From the NCBI GenBank assembly GCA_047602405.1, contig JASGHJ010000002.1:1920001-1984000 (forward strand): 64,000 bases of DNA, read 5' to 3'. Shown here in pieces: positions 8,660-19,512 of the stretch (the first letter of the stretch is position 1; every line of letters begins with the position of its first letter). The translations under genes and the position numbers were made by a program. The stretch is from Anaeromyxobacteraceae bacterium. Lineage in GTDB: Bacteria > Myxococcota > Myxococcia > Myxococcales > Anaeromyxobacteraceae. The notes under the pieces are model-generated. The model was given only the letters and a program-made list of their open reading frames with translations, did not search any database and was not told the DNA's origin.

Positions 8660-10813
8660 CTACCCGCGCGGCGCGGGGGTGAACGTGAGGGCGCTCGTCG
8701 GGCCGTCCCCCTCCCCGTAGAGCAGGCGGTAGGACGCGTAGGACCGGAGCACGCGCTTCACGTAGCCGCGGGTCTCGTCGTACGGGATCTGCTCCACGAA
8801 GGCGTCGAGCTCGCCGGCCCCGCGCTCCTCGACCCAGCGGGCGACCGCGTTCGGCCCCGCGTTGTAGGCCGCGAGCGCGAGCGGCAGCGAGCCGTCGAAC
8901 CGCTTCACGAGCTGCCCGAGGTAGCGGGCGCCGATCCGGATGTTCACGTCGGCCTTCATGAGGTCCGCGCGCGAGGGCCGCGGCAACCCCGCGCCCTTCG
9001 CGATGGCGCGGGCGGTGGGGACCATGAGCTGGGTGAGCCCGACCGCGCCGGCCGGCGAGAGCGCCTTCGGCTCGAGCGCGCTCTCCTCGCGCATGAGGGC
9101 CTGGAGGAGATCCACCGGCACGCCCGCGGGCGGCGCCCAGCGCTTCACGAGGTCCCGGTAGGCCGGCGGGTACGCGATGCGCCAGGCCCTGAGGTCCTCG
9201 GCGCGCGGCGCCCGCGGCAGGGCCGCGCGGGCCTTCGTCCGGAGGAGCTGGTGCGCGCCGCGGTGGTCCCCGGCGCGATCGAGGAGGTCGGCCACGACGA
9301 GGAGCGGCTCCGGGCCGGCGCCGGCCGCCCGCGAGAGATCGACGGCCTCGAGCTCGGCGACGGCGTCCTCGAGGAGTCCCATCGCGAGCAGCGCCCGGGC
9401 GGCCGGGAGGTGCGGGTCGTCGGCGAGCGGCCCCGCGTCCCAGGTCGGCTCGATCGAGACCGGCTTCACCGGCGCCGGGAAGCCGCCCTCCCCGCCCGCC
9501 TCCGCGAGCCGGCTCCGGGCGAGGAGCCCGTAGTAGTCGGCGGGGTACCGCGCCACGAGCTCGGCCCAGAGCGCCTTCGCGGCGGCGGCGCCGGCCGCGT
9601 CCTTCCCGGCGAGGAGGCGGGCCCGCCAGTAGGCGGCGCGGGCGTGCTCGTAGGGATCGACCCCGACCTCGGTGGCCTCGATCTCGGCGAGGGCCGCGAC
9701 GGCCGCGTCGAGGTCGCCCTCCTTCCAGGCGAGCCAGGCCGCGCGGAAGCGGGCCTCGTCGCGGACGTCGCCGTCCGGGAACGCCTTCGCGAGCGCGCCG
9801 AGCGCCGCGCGGGCCTCGGCGAGCCTGCCGTCGGAGGCGAGCAGGTCGGCCGCCGCGAAGAGCGCGTCGTCGGCGAGCGGGCTCTCCGGGTACTTCTCGG
9901 CGAGGCGGCGGTGGAGCGCGATCGCGCCGGCGCGATCGCCGGTGATGGCGGTGGAGCCGGCGAGCACGAAGAGCGCGCGGGAGACCACCGCGGGCTCCCG
10001 GCACCGCTCCACGACCGGCCCCAGCGTCGCCACCACCTTCCGGTGCTCGCGCTCCCGCCGGTAGGCCCGGCCGGTGGCCGCGCGCACGCGGCACGCGAAG
10101 GCGTCGTCCGGGGAGGGCTCGCCCGCCTTCACCTTCGCGAGCGCGGCGAGGGCCGCGTCGGTGCGGTTCGCCTCGAGCAGCCGCTCCGCGCGGGTGAGCA
10201 CGACGTCGGGCTCGGGCGGCCCGCCGTGGGGCGCCGGCAGCGCGCGCGCCGCGGCCAGGCAGGCCGCGGCCTCCGGCGCGAGCGGGTGCGCCGACCAGCA
10301 GGTCAGGAGGTCCTTGCGGCCGGCGGCCGGGTCCGCGCCGCGGCCGGTGCCACGGAGCTTCCCCGCGAGGAGGAGCGCGGTGGCGGCCGGGTCGGCGCGC
10401 CCGGGCTCCGCCGGCGCCGGGCGGCCGAGGAGCGGCGCGAGCGTGGCGAGCGCCCGCTCGCGCTCGCCGAGGAGGTCGGCGCCCCGGGCGAGCGCGATCC
10501 GCGCCTCCGGCGCGAGGACCGAGCCGTCCGGCACGGCGGCGTAGGCGTCGAGGGCCTCGCGCGACCGGAGGAGCGCGGTCAGCGCCTCCCCGCGCATGAA
10601 CAGGATGCGGTCGGCGAGCGCCGGCAGGCGCGCCTCGAGCCCGTCGAGGGGCCCGAGGACCTGCGACACCCGGCCCGCCGCGAGGTGGGCGCGCGCCGAC
10701 AGGTAGGCCGCGTACGCGGGGTCGGCCCCGGGCTCCGGCGAGGAGGGCGGGGACACCTTCGCGGGGGCGGGCGTGGCGGCGAGGAGGGCGGCGAGCGCGG
10801 CGGGGGCGAGCAT
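8660..10813 (-). CDS. slt: Slt70-type lytic transglycosylase with TPR-like repeats
   Basis: Signal peptide; MREES, GLTQLM, AAYNAG, ETRGYVKRV. Confidence 0.9.
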   Translation of the reverse strand: MLAPAALAALLAATPAPAKVSPPSSPEPGADPAYAAYLSARAHLAAGRVSQVLGPLDGLEARLPALADRILFMRGEALTALLRSREALDAYAAVPDGSVLAPEARIALARGADLLGERERALATLAPLLGRPAPAEPGRADPAATALLLAGKLRGTGRGADPAAGRKDLLTCWSAHPLAPEAAACLAAARALPAPHGGPPEPDVVLTRAERLLEANRTDAALAALAKVKAGEPSPDDAFACRVRAATGRAYRREREHRKVVATLGPVVERCREPAVVSRALFVLAGSTAITGDRAGAIALHRRLAEKYPESPLADDALFAAADLLASDGRLAEARAALGALAKAFPDGDVRDEARFRAAWLAWKEGDLDAAVAALAEIEATEVGVDPYEHARAAYWRARLLAGKDAAGAAAAKALWAELVARYPADYYGLLARSRLAEAGGEGGFPAPVKPVSIEPTWDAGPLADDPHLPAARALLAMGLLEDAVAELEAVDLSRAAGAGPEPLLVVADLLDRAGDHRGAHQLLRTKARAALPRAPRAEDLRAWRIAYPPAYRDLVKRWAPPAGVPVDLLQALMREESALEPKALSPAGAVGLTQLMVPTARAIAKGAGLPRPSRADLMKADVNIRIGARYLGQLVKRFDGSLPLALAAYNAGPNAVARWVEERGAGELDAFVEQIPYDETRGYVKRVLRSYASYRLLYGEGDGPTSALTFTPAPRG

Positions 10814-10919
10814 CGAGGTCACAGGGTTGGGCAGGCGGCGCCCCCGGTCAAGGCCACGGCCTCGTGAGGTGACGCCACGACCGGAACGCCCCGCGCGGAC
10901 GGAGGATTCCGGGGCTAAG

Positions 10920-13181
10920 ATGGGCACCGTGGACATCCGCACCCAGGCGGCGCTGCTCGCGGCCATCGTCACGCTGGCGCTCGCCGTGGCGGCGCTCCTG
11001 CGCGACAACCGCTCGCGGACGTTCACGCTCTTCGCGGTCTTCTCGCTCGACCTCTTCCTCTTCTCGCTCGCGCTCTTCTTCACGCGCTGGCCGGCGTCCT
11101 TCGCGCTCGTCTGGTGGGAGCGGCTCGCGGTCGCCTCCGGCGCGCTCGTCCCCGCGGCCGCCCTCGCCTTCTTCCTCGAGTTCCTCGGCGTCGCCCGGCG
11201 GCCCGCGCGCCGCGCCCGGAACGCGATGCTCGCGGGCGCGCTCTCCGGCCTCGTGGTGGCGACCACGCCCCTCGTCCACGTCTACGTCGCGAAGCTCGTC
11301 GTCGCGATCTACGTCGTGGGCGGGCTCACCGCGGTGCTCTCGGTGCTGTGGGGCAAGATGCTCGCCTCGGCGACGCGGGTCGAGCGCGCGCGCCTCGCCT
11401 ACCTGTTCATCGGCGCGCTCGTGGCCGTCACGCTGTCGACCCTCGACATGCTGCCGCGCCTCGGCGTCGAGTACCCGGCCGAGGGGCTCGGCTCCATCAC
11501 CCTCACCGTCTTCATGTTCTTCCTGTCGCAGACGCTGCAGCGCCACCGGCTGCTCGACCTGCACGAGTTCCTCGGGAAGATCGTCGTCGTCACCGCCCTC
11601 GGCCTCGTGCTCGTGGCCATCTACGGCGGCCTCGTCTCGTGGGTCGGCGACCGGCGCGAGCTCTTCTACTTCAACACCGTCGTCGCCTCGTTCGTGATCC
11701 TCTCGCTGTTCGAGCCGATGCGCGAGCGGGTCGAGGAGTGGGTGGTCGCGACGCTCTTCCACGAGCGCTACGAGCTCGTGCGGCAGCTCGAGGCCATCCG
11801 GCGGCGCTGCGCGAACGTCATCGACCCCGACGCGCTCGGCGCGGTGGTGCTCGACGGCCTCGTCGACACCCGGCGGGTCACGCACTCGGGGCTGTGGCTG
11901 CTCGCCGAGGACCGCCCCGGCTACCGGCTCCTCGCCTCGCGCGGCCCCCCGCCCTTCCCGTTCCTCGAGCCCTCCGCGGTGCGGGCGCTGCGCGCCGCCG
12001 CGGCGGTGGGCCAGAAGGCGATGCTGCGCGAGAACCTCGACCGCCGCGTCGCGGAGCTCCGCGCCGCCCTCCCGCCCGGACCGACAGAGCACGAGAGCCG
12101 CGGCAACCGCGGCGCGCCCGCGGCCACCGCCGAGGAGCTCCGCAAGCTCGAGGACGCCCGCGCGGTCATGGAGGGCATGAAGGCCGGCATCTGCATGCTG
12201 CTCCTCGCCGGCGACCGGCTGGTGGGGTTCCTCGCCTGCTGGGACGACCGGGTGCCGGAGGCCTTCGCGTCCGACGAGATCGCGGCGCTCCTCGAGCTCG
12301 CCGACCGCTGCGCGCTCGTCATCGAGAACTCGAAGCTCTACCAGCAGATGAAGGAGCGGGACCGCCTCGCCGCGCTCGGCGAGATGTCGGCCGGCCTCGC
12401 CCACGAGATCCGCAACCCCCTCGCCGCCATCAAGGGCGCGGTCCAGTACATCGACCCCTCCCGCCACCCCGCCGAGGACCGCGAGTTCCTGGAGATCATG
12501 ATCGAGGAGGTGAACCGCCTGAACGGCGTCGTCACCCAGTTCCTCGACTACTCGCGCCCGCTCAAGCCCGCGCTCGCGCCGACCTCCGTGAACGAGGTCC
12601 TCGACCGCACCTTCAAGCTCCTCGGCCCCCAGGTGCCGGAGGGCGTCGCGGTGGAGCTCTCGCTCGCCGAGTGGCTCCCGCGGGTGAACGCCGACGCGGA
12701 GCAGCTGAAGCAGGTGTTCCTCAACCTCGCGCTCAACGCCTTCCAGGCCATGGGCCCCGCCGGCGGCAAGCTCGTCGTCTCCACCCGGCTCGCCCGCGAC
12801 GAGCTCGCCTTCTGGCGGGAGGGCTCGCGGCGCGCCGAGGTGGTCGAGATCCGGTTCGCGGACTCCGGCCCCGGCATCCCGGAGTCGGAGCACGAGCGGG
12901 TCTTCGTGCCCTTCTTCACCACGAAGGAGAAGGGCACCGGGCTCGGCCTCGCCATCTGCCAGCGGCTCGTGAAGGCGAACCAGGGCACCATCCAGCTGCG
13001 CTCGGCGCCCGGCGCGGGGGCGGAGTTCCTCATCGCGCTGCCGGGGCTGCCCGACGAGCGTCCGCCGGACCAGGCGCGGCCGCCGAAGGACCCCGACGAG
13101 CGGGCCCGGGAGCGCGAGCGGCGCCGTGCGAGCGCCGAGGCCCGGCTGCGCAGCCGCCGCCGGCGCAAGCAGCAGGCGTGA
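10920..13181 (+). CDS. multi-TM sensor histidine kinase with GAF-like region
   Basis: Many TM helices; LAHEIRNPL H-box, NLALNA, DSGPGI, FFTTK, GTGLGL. Confidence 0.92.
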   Translation: MGTVDIRTQAALLAAIVTLALAVAALLRDNRSRTFTLFAVFSLDLFLFSLALFFTRWPASFALVWWERLAVASGALVPAAALAFFLEFLGVARRPARRARNAMLAGALSGLVVATTPLVHVYVAKLVVAIYVVGGLTAVLSVLWGKMLASATRVERARLAYLFIGALVAVTLSTLDMLPRLGVEYPAEGLGSITLTVFMFFLSQTLQRHRLLDLHEFLGKIVVVTALGLVLVAIYGGLVSWVGDRRELFYFNTVVASFVILSLFEPMRERVEEWVVATLFHERYELVRQLEAIRRRCANVIDPDALGAVVLDGLVDTRRVTHSGLWLLAEDRPGYRLLASRGPPPFPFLEPSAVRALRAAAAVGQKAMLRENLDRRVAELRAALPPGPTEHESRGNRGAPAATAEELRKLEDARAVMEGMKAGICMLLLAGDRLVGFLACWDDRVPEAFASDEIAALLELADRCALVIENSKLYQQMKERDRLAALGEMSAGLAHEIRNPLAAIKGAVQYIDPSRHPAEDREFLEIMIEEVNRLNGVVTQFLDYSRPLKPALAPTSVNEVLDRTFKLLGPQVPEGVAVELSLAEWLPRVNADAEQLKQVFLNLALNAFQAMGPAGGKLVVSTRLARDELAFWREGSRRAEVVEIRFADSGPGIPESEHERVFVPFFTTKEKGTGLGLAICQRLVKANQGTIQLRSAPGAGAEFLIALPGLPDERPPDQARPPKDPDERARERERRRASAEARLRSRRRRKQQA

Positions 13182-13193
13182 TAGAAGGGTCGC

Positions 13194-14603
<1,410 letters not shown>

Positions 14604-14632
14604 GGTAGGCCGGGGTGCGAGCCGGCGCTAAC

Positions 14633-14661
14633 TTGACCGGTCCTGGACCCGCTGCTAGCGT
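14633..14661 (+). promoter_or_regulatory. sigma70-like promoter TTGACC-N17-TAGCGT with extended -10 TG
   Basis: Canonical spacing; GGAGG RBS before the ATG at 14701. Confidence 0.55.
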
Positions 14662-14700
14662 CGATTCCTGGCGATTTACGGCCATTTACGGAGGCGCGGG

Positions 14701-16062
14701 ATGAGCCGGCTCGGCTGCGTTGCGATCGGGATGCTCCTCGTCGGCGCGCTTCCCTCCTCCGCGGGCGCCGCCGAGGTCACCCGCGTCGCGACCGCCGGCG
14801 AGAAGGAGAACCCCTTCGACCTCGTGCTGTCGGTGCGCTGGGACCGGCTCTCCGAGACCTCCACGATCAACCGGGAGACCGCCGTCGCGCCGTCGGCCGG
14901 CGCGCCCTTCGGACGCCTCGACACCACCCCGCAGTTCCGCTACTCGCGCACCCGCAACGCGGTCGTGCCCCGCATCGCCTTCGGCATCTACGAGGGGCTC
15001 GAGCTGCACGCCGAGGCCCCCTACGTGCTCGCCGACGACCGCAGCTACAAGGGCGCCAAGGTGAACGGCACCCCGGCGAGCAATCTCCCCGGGAGCGTCG
15101 CCCAGAACCGCGTCGACGCGATGAACCAGCCGTGCACGACGGGCGGCGGCATCTGCCCGATCTTCCCGGAGGGCGAGGTCTTCCACGGCGGCCAGCTCGG
15201 CGACGTGAAGGCCGGCTTCGCGTGGGCGATCCTCGACGACGCGAAGGACGACACCACCTCGTCCTGGGTCGTCGGCCTCGACGTCACCTTCCCGAGCGCG
15301 AAGAAGTACGACCCGGCCGCGGGCCGCGGCGCCGAGACGTGGCTGTCGCCGTACATCGTGCCGGCCGAGGTGGGCCCCTTCGGCGAGAAGATCTGGCGCT
15401 ACGAGCTCTCCACCGCCCTCTCGCGGCGCTACGGCCCCATCGATCCCTACGTGCGGCTCCACGTCACGGCGACCCGCCCGTCGAGCAGCACCTACTCGAA
15501 CTGCGACGCCGCCGCGGTGGCGTCCGCGGCCACGCCGGTCGCGCAGATGACCCTCGCCTCGGTCGCGAACTGCGCCTCCTCGACCTGGAAGGACGAGGCC
15601 GGCGCCCGGCTGCCCTGGCTCGCGGGCGGCGTGTTCGGCGTCGAGCTCGTCCCCTACGACAACCCGGAGAAGCTCCAGAAGGTCGCCCTCGACCTCTCCG
15701 GCTCGGTCGAGTACACGAGCGACCAGCGGTTCTTCAACCCGCTCACCGACGTCACCGGCAAGCTCATGTGGACGCAGGCGCACTACACGGTGGGCGGCCG
15801 CGCCGCGCTCCGCCTGCGCGCCTCCCGGTTCGTGACCTTCCTCGGCGCCGCCTCCTACGTGCGCGAGACCGACCACTTCGTCTCGGGCGAGTCGCTCGGC
15901 AAGGCCGGCGTGGACGCGGGGACGAACGACGTGACCGGCCAGACGGCGAACCCGCTCCTCAACCCGAACTTCGACTGGCGCTACGACGCCCCGGGCCGCC
16001 GCTTCCGCGTGACCGACAGCGGCGTGTTCACGGTCACCTTCCTGGCCTCGCTGGGCTTCTAG
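14701..16062 (+). CDS. exported hypothetical protein, probable outer-membrane beta-barrel
   Basis: Signal peptide (AGA-AE), beta-strand pattern, C-terminal Phe (FLASLGF). Confidence 0.7.
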   Translation: MSRLGCVAIGMLLVGALPSSAGAAEVTRVATAGEKENPFDLVLSVRWDRLSETSTINRETAVAPSAGAPFGRLDTTPQFRYSRTRNAVVPRIAFGIYEGLELHAEAPYVLADDRSYKGAKVNGTPASNLPGSVAQNRVDAMNQPCTTGGGICPIFPEGEVFHGGQLGDVKAGFAWAILDDAKDDTTSSWVVGLDVTFPSAKKYDPAAGRGAETWLSPYIVPAEVGPFGEKIWRYELSTALSRRYGPIDPYVRLHVTATRPSSSTYSNCDAAAVASAATPVAQMTLASVANCASSTWKDEAGARLPWLAGGVFGVELVPYDNPEKLQKVALDLSGSVEYTSDQRFFNPLTDVTGKLMWTQAHYTVGGRAALRLRASRFVTFLGAASYVRETDHFVSGESLGKAGVDAGTNDVTGQTANPLLNPNFDWRYDAPGRRFRVTDSGVFTVTFLASLGF

Positions 16063-16517
16063 GAGCGCGCCGGCGACGGCGCCGGACCCGCGGCCGCCTC
16101 GAGCGCGCGCCGCAGCGGCTCCGGCAGCGACACGAGCCGCCGCGCCTCGTAGTCGAAGCAGCACAGGCGCGTGACCGCCCGCGCGAGCTCGAGTCCGGTT
16201 CCCACGTCGGTGAAGCGGTGCACGAGCTCGAAGGCGCGGGTCCGCACCTCGCCCACGGCGAGCTCCCCCCGCACCACCATGCCGTAGCGCCCCTCCCCGC
16301 CGAAGTGCACCGCGGCGTCGGTCATGATGAGCCCGACGCCGCCCACGTCGAGCTCGCCGAGCCCGTGGGTCGCGAGCCAGGCCACCCGGACCTCCTGGGC
16401 GAGCGTGAGCACCCGGTCGTTGCCGAGGTGGCCACCGTAGTTGAGGTCGGCGACCCGCAGCGGGAAGTCGAGGGAGAACGCGACGCGGGCGGGCAGGACG
16501 ATGTCGATGCGGTTCAA
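16059..16517 (-). CDS. hot-dog fold (4HBT-like) thioesterase
   Basis: LRVADLNYGGHLGNDR motif; TTG start overlapping the upstream stop. Confidence 0.85.
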   Translation of the reverse strand: MNRIDIVLPARVAFSLDFPLRVADLNYGGHLGNDRVLTLAQEVRVAWLATHGLGELDVGGVGLIMTDAAVHFGGEGRYGMVVRGELAVGEVRTRAFELVHRFTDVGTGLELARAVTRLCCFDYEARRLVSLPEPLRRALEAAAGPAPSPARS

Positions 16518-17575
16518 GGTGGGGTCTCCGGGAGCAGCCCGGCGCGGGCCTTCGCGAGGAGCACGCGCCGCACGCTCTCGTCGAGCCGGGGCTCGAGCTC
16601 GGGCCGGGCGCGCACGAGGTCGGCGAGGACCCGGCGCACGTCGGGGCGGCCGGGCCACTCGACGGGGGTCGTCACGAGGAGGAGGTCGTTGCCGGCGAGG
16701 AACGCGCGGCGCCAGAGCTCGGCGGGGTCCCCGCCGGTCACGGCGAGGAGGTTCGGCACCGCGAGGTCGTCGGTGATGGTGAGGAACCCCGCGAGGTGGG
16801 CGCGGGCCACGATCTCGGGCGACAGGCACGCCGGGACCCCGCCGTAGGCCGCGAAGCCCACGTTCGCCATCATCACCCCGGTGAGCTCCTCGGAGGCCGC
16901 CACGAACGCCGCCTGCTGCCGGGCGACCTCCTGCGGGCTGCGGTCCACGATGAGGAGCGCCTGGTCGGACGAGCCCGGCACCGGCCCGTAGCCCGGGTAG
17001 TGCTTGCCGAACGCGAGCACGCCCGCCGACCCGAGCCCCCGGGCGAAGGCCCGCCCGAGCCGGGCGACCCGCGTGGCGTCGCCGCCGAGGGACCGGCCGG
17101 ACTCCGCCATGAAGCCCGTCTCCGCGAGATCGAGCACCGGCCCGAGGCTCGTGTTCACGCCCAGCGCGGCGAGGTCGAGGCCGGCGCGGCGGCCCCACGC
17201 CTCCGCCTCCCAGGCGCCCTCGTCGCCCATGTCGCGCGCGGACGGCAGCGCCGCGAGCGTGCGGACGGCGCGGAACCGGTTGAGGTCGCCCCCCTCGAGG
17301 TCGACGGCGACGAGCAGCGGGATCGTCGCGCGGGCCCCGAGGCCGCGCACCCGCTCGCCGACCGCCACGGGGTCCCGCAGGAGCTTCCCGAGCAGGATGA
17401 CGCCGCCCTGCGCGACCGGCCCGTCGCCCGCCGGCGGGTACGCCACGACGAGCTGCGCCACCTTCTCCTCGAGGTCCAGCCCGGCGAGGACCCGCTCCGC
17501 GGCGGCCCGCTCGCGCTCGCCCGCGGGCGTGCGCGAGAGCGTCAGGGCGAGGGCGGCGAGCGCGGCGAGGGTCAC
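16514..17575 (-). CDS. glycoside hydrolase family 3 (NagZ-like), exported
   Basis: AVDLEGG, GPVLDL, KHYPG, ITDDL, AGNDLLL, SVRRVL. Confidence 0.85.
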   Translation of the reverse strand: MTLAALAALALTLSRTPAGERERAAAERVLAGLDLEEKVAQLVVAYPPAGDGPVAQGGVILLGKLLRDPVAVGERVRGLGARATIPLLVAVDLEGGDLNRFRAVRTLAALPSARDMGDEGAWEAEAWGRRAGLDLAALGVNTSLGPVLDLAETGFMAESGRSLGGDATRVARLGRAFARGLGSAGVLAFGKHYPGYGPVPGSSDQALLIVDRSPQEVARQQAAFVAASEELTGVMMANVGFAAYGGVPACLSPEIVARAHLAGFLTITDDLAVPNLLAVTGGDPAELWRRAFLAGNDLLLVTTPVEWPGRPDVRRVLADLVRARPELEPRLDESVRRVLLAKARAGLLPETPP

Positions 17576-17694
17576 GGCCCGAGTGAAACCCGGCCGCCCC
17601 GCGCGAGCAAGTCGTTTGCCCCCGGCGCACCGAGGTGGGTCCGGAGTCTCCGGCCGCCCCCCCCAGGGGCCCTGGGGTAGACTATCCCCTCCCG

Positions 17695-19512
17695 GTGAAC
17701 ACGCCGCCCGCCACGCCCACGCCGCCCACCCGGCCGAGCCTGCGCGCCGGGCTCTTCGTGCGCCTCGTGGCGCTCGCCGCGGCGCTGAGCCTGCCCCCGC
17801 TCGCGCTCCTCGCCTTCGTCCTCGTCGACATCAACGCCCGGGCCCTGCGGAACGACGCCCGCGAGCTGCACCTCGCCCTCGCGGCGGACGTCCGGCGCGC
17901 GCTCCGCGCCGAGCTCGCCCGGAGCGGCGACGAGCTCGCGGCGGTGGGGCTCCTCCTCCTCGGCCCCGGGGTGGGGGACGACCGCGAGCGCCTGGCGCTG
18001 GTGGGCTCGCGCCTGGGCGCCTCCGGCACCTTCGACCACGTCACGGTCTACGCCCCCGACGGCGCGCGCGGGCCCACCGTGAAGGTGAAGGAGGCCCCCC
18101 TGCCGACCCTGCCCGGGCGGCTGCCCGCGGAGCTCCTGCGCGCCGCCGCCTCTAACGCGAGCGGGCTCGTGGGCCTCGCGGCGGGCGAGGTCGTCCCGAC
18201 CGCGCGCGGGCCAGCGCTCGAGCTCGTCCGGGAGCTCCGCGTCGACGGCCAGCCGCGCGGCTTCATCGCCGGGCGGCTCCCGCTCGCGGGCCTGGCGCGG
18301 CTCCTGACCGAGCTCGGCGAGACCCGCCTCGGCGACGCCTCGGCCATCTACGTGCTCGCCGAGGGCCGGCGCCTCGTGCTCGCCGCGGACCTGGCGCGGG
18401 TGGAGCGCGCCGAGCGCGTGCCGGAGGGCGGCATCCTCGCGGCGCTCGACCCCGGGACGACCTTCCGGCAACCCTTCGGGCTCTCGCCCGAGTACGACGC
18501 CGGCGGCGAGGCGCGCGTCGGCGCGCTGGAGACGGTCCCCGAGCTCGGCTGGGCCGTCGTGGTGGAGCGGCCGCGCGCCGTCGCCTACGCGTCGCTCGCC
18601 TCCATGCGGCGGTCGGTGGCCATCGGGCTCGCGGGCGCGGCCCTCCTCGCCGTCGTGGGCGCCCTGCTCGCGGCGCGCCGGCTCTCGCGGCCCATCCGCG
18701 CCCTCGTCCGGGCCACCCGCGAGATCGGCGAGCGCCGCTACCAGCCGGTGCCCGCGCTCGTCTCCGGCCGCGGCGACGAGCTCGGCGAGCTCGGGCGCGC
18801 CATGGACGACATGTCCGACGCGCTCGCCCGCTCCGAGGCGCGCCTCGTCACCGAGACCCGCGTCCGCGGTGCCCTCTCCCGCTACCTCGCGCCGGACGTG
18901 GTGGAGCGCGCGGTGCGCGAGCCGGAGGCCCTGAAGCTCGGCGGCGAGCGCCGCGAGGTCACCGTGCTCTTCGCCGACGTGGTGGGGTTCACCCGCCTCA
19001 CGGAGCGGCTGCCGCCCGAGGCGGTCGTCGCGATCCTGAACGACCTCTTCACGTTCGCGACCGAGATCGTCGAGCGGCGCGGCGGGATGGTCGACAAGTT
19101 CATCGGCGACTGCGTCATGGCGGTGTGGGGCTCGCCCGCGCCGGCGCCCGACGACGCGCTGCGCGCGGTCCTCGCCGCGGCAGACCTCAGGCGCTGGCTC
19201 GAGACCGCGAACCGCCGCTGGCGCCAGCGGTACGCCGTCGAGGTCCACCTCGCCATGGGCCTCCACTCCGGCGAGGCCGTCGCGGGCAACCTCGGCAGCG
19301 AGCGCCGCATGGACTACACGGTCATCGGCGGCGTCGTGAACCAGGCGGCGCGCCTCGAGGCGCTCGCCGCCCCGGGGCAGATCCTGGTCTCGCCCACCAC
19401 GCGCGAGCGCGCGCTGCGGGCCGCGGCGCCGGCCGGGCCGCGGGTGGAGCTCGCCGCGTGCCCGCCGCCCGCCGGCGCCGGCTTCCCCGAGGTCTTCGAG
19501 GTGCCCGCGTGA
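17695..19512 (+). CDS. membrane class III adenylate cyclase (Cache-like sensor, HAMP, cyclase)
   Basis: Two TMs, HAMP (DELGELG), LFADVVGFT, DKFIGDCVMA, DYTVIG, NQAARLE. Confidence 0.9.
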   Translation: MNTPPATPTPPTRPSLRAGLFVRLVALAAALSLPPLALLAFVLVDINARALRNDARELHLALAADVRRALRAELARSGDELAAVGLLLLGPGVGDDRERLALVGSRLGASGTFDHVTVYAPDGARGPTVKVKEAPLPTLPGRLPAELLRAAASNASGLVGLAAGEVVPTARGPALELVRELRVDGQPRGFIAGRLPLAGLARLLTELGETRLGDASAIYVLAEGRRLVLAADLARVERAERVPEGGILAALDPGTTFRQPFGLSPEYDAGGEARVGALETVPELGWAVVVERPRAVAYASLASMRRSVAIGLAGAALLAVVGALLAARRLSRPIRALVRATREIGERRYQPVPALVSGRGDELGELGRAMDDMSDALARSEARLVTETRVRGALSRYLAPDVVERAVREPEALKLGGERREVTVLFADVVGFTRLTERLPPEAVVAILNDLFTFATEIVERRGGMVDKFIGDCVMAVWGSPAPAPDDALRAVLAAADLRRWLETANRRWRQRYAVEVHLAMGLHSGEAVAGNLGSERRMDYTVIGGVVNQAARLEALAAPGQILVSPTTRERALRAAAPAGPRVELAACPPPAGAGFPEVFEVPA

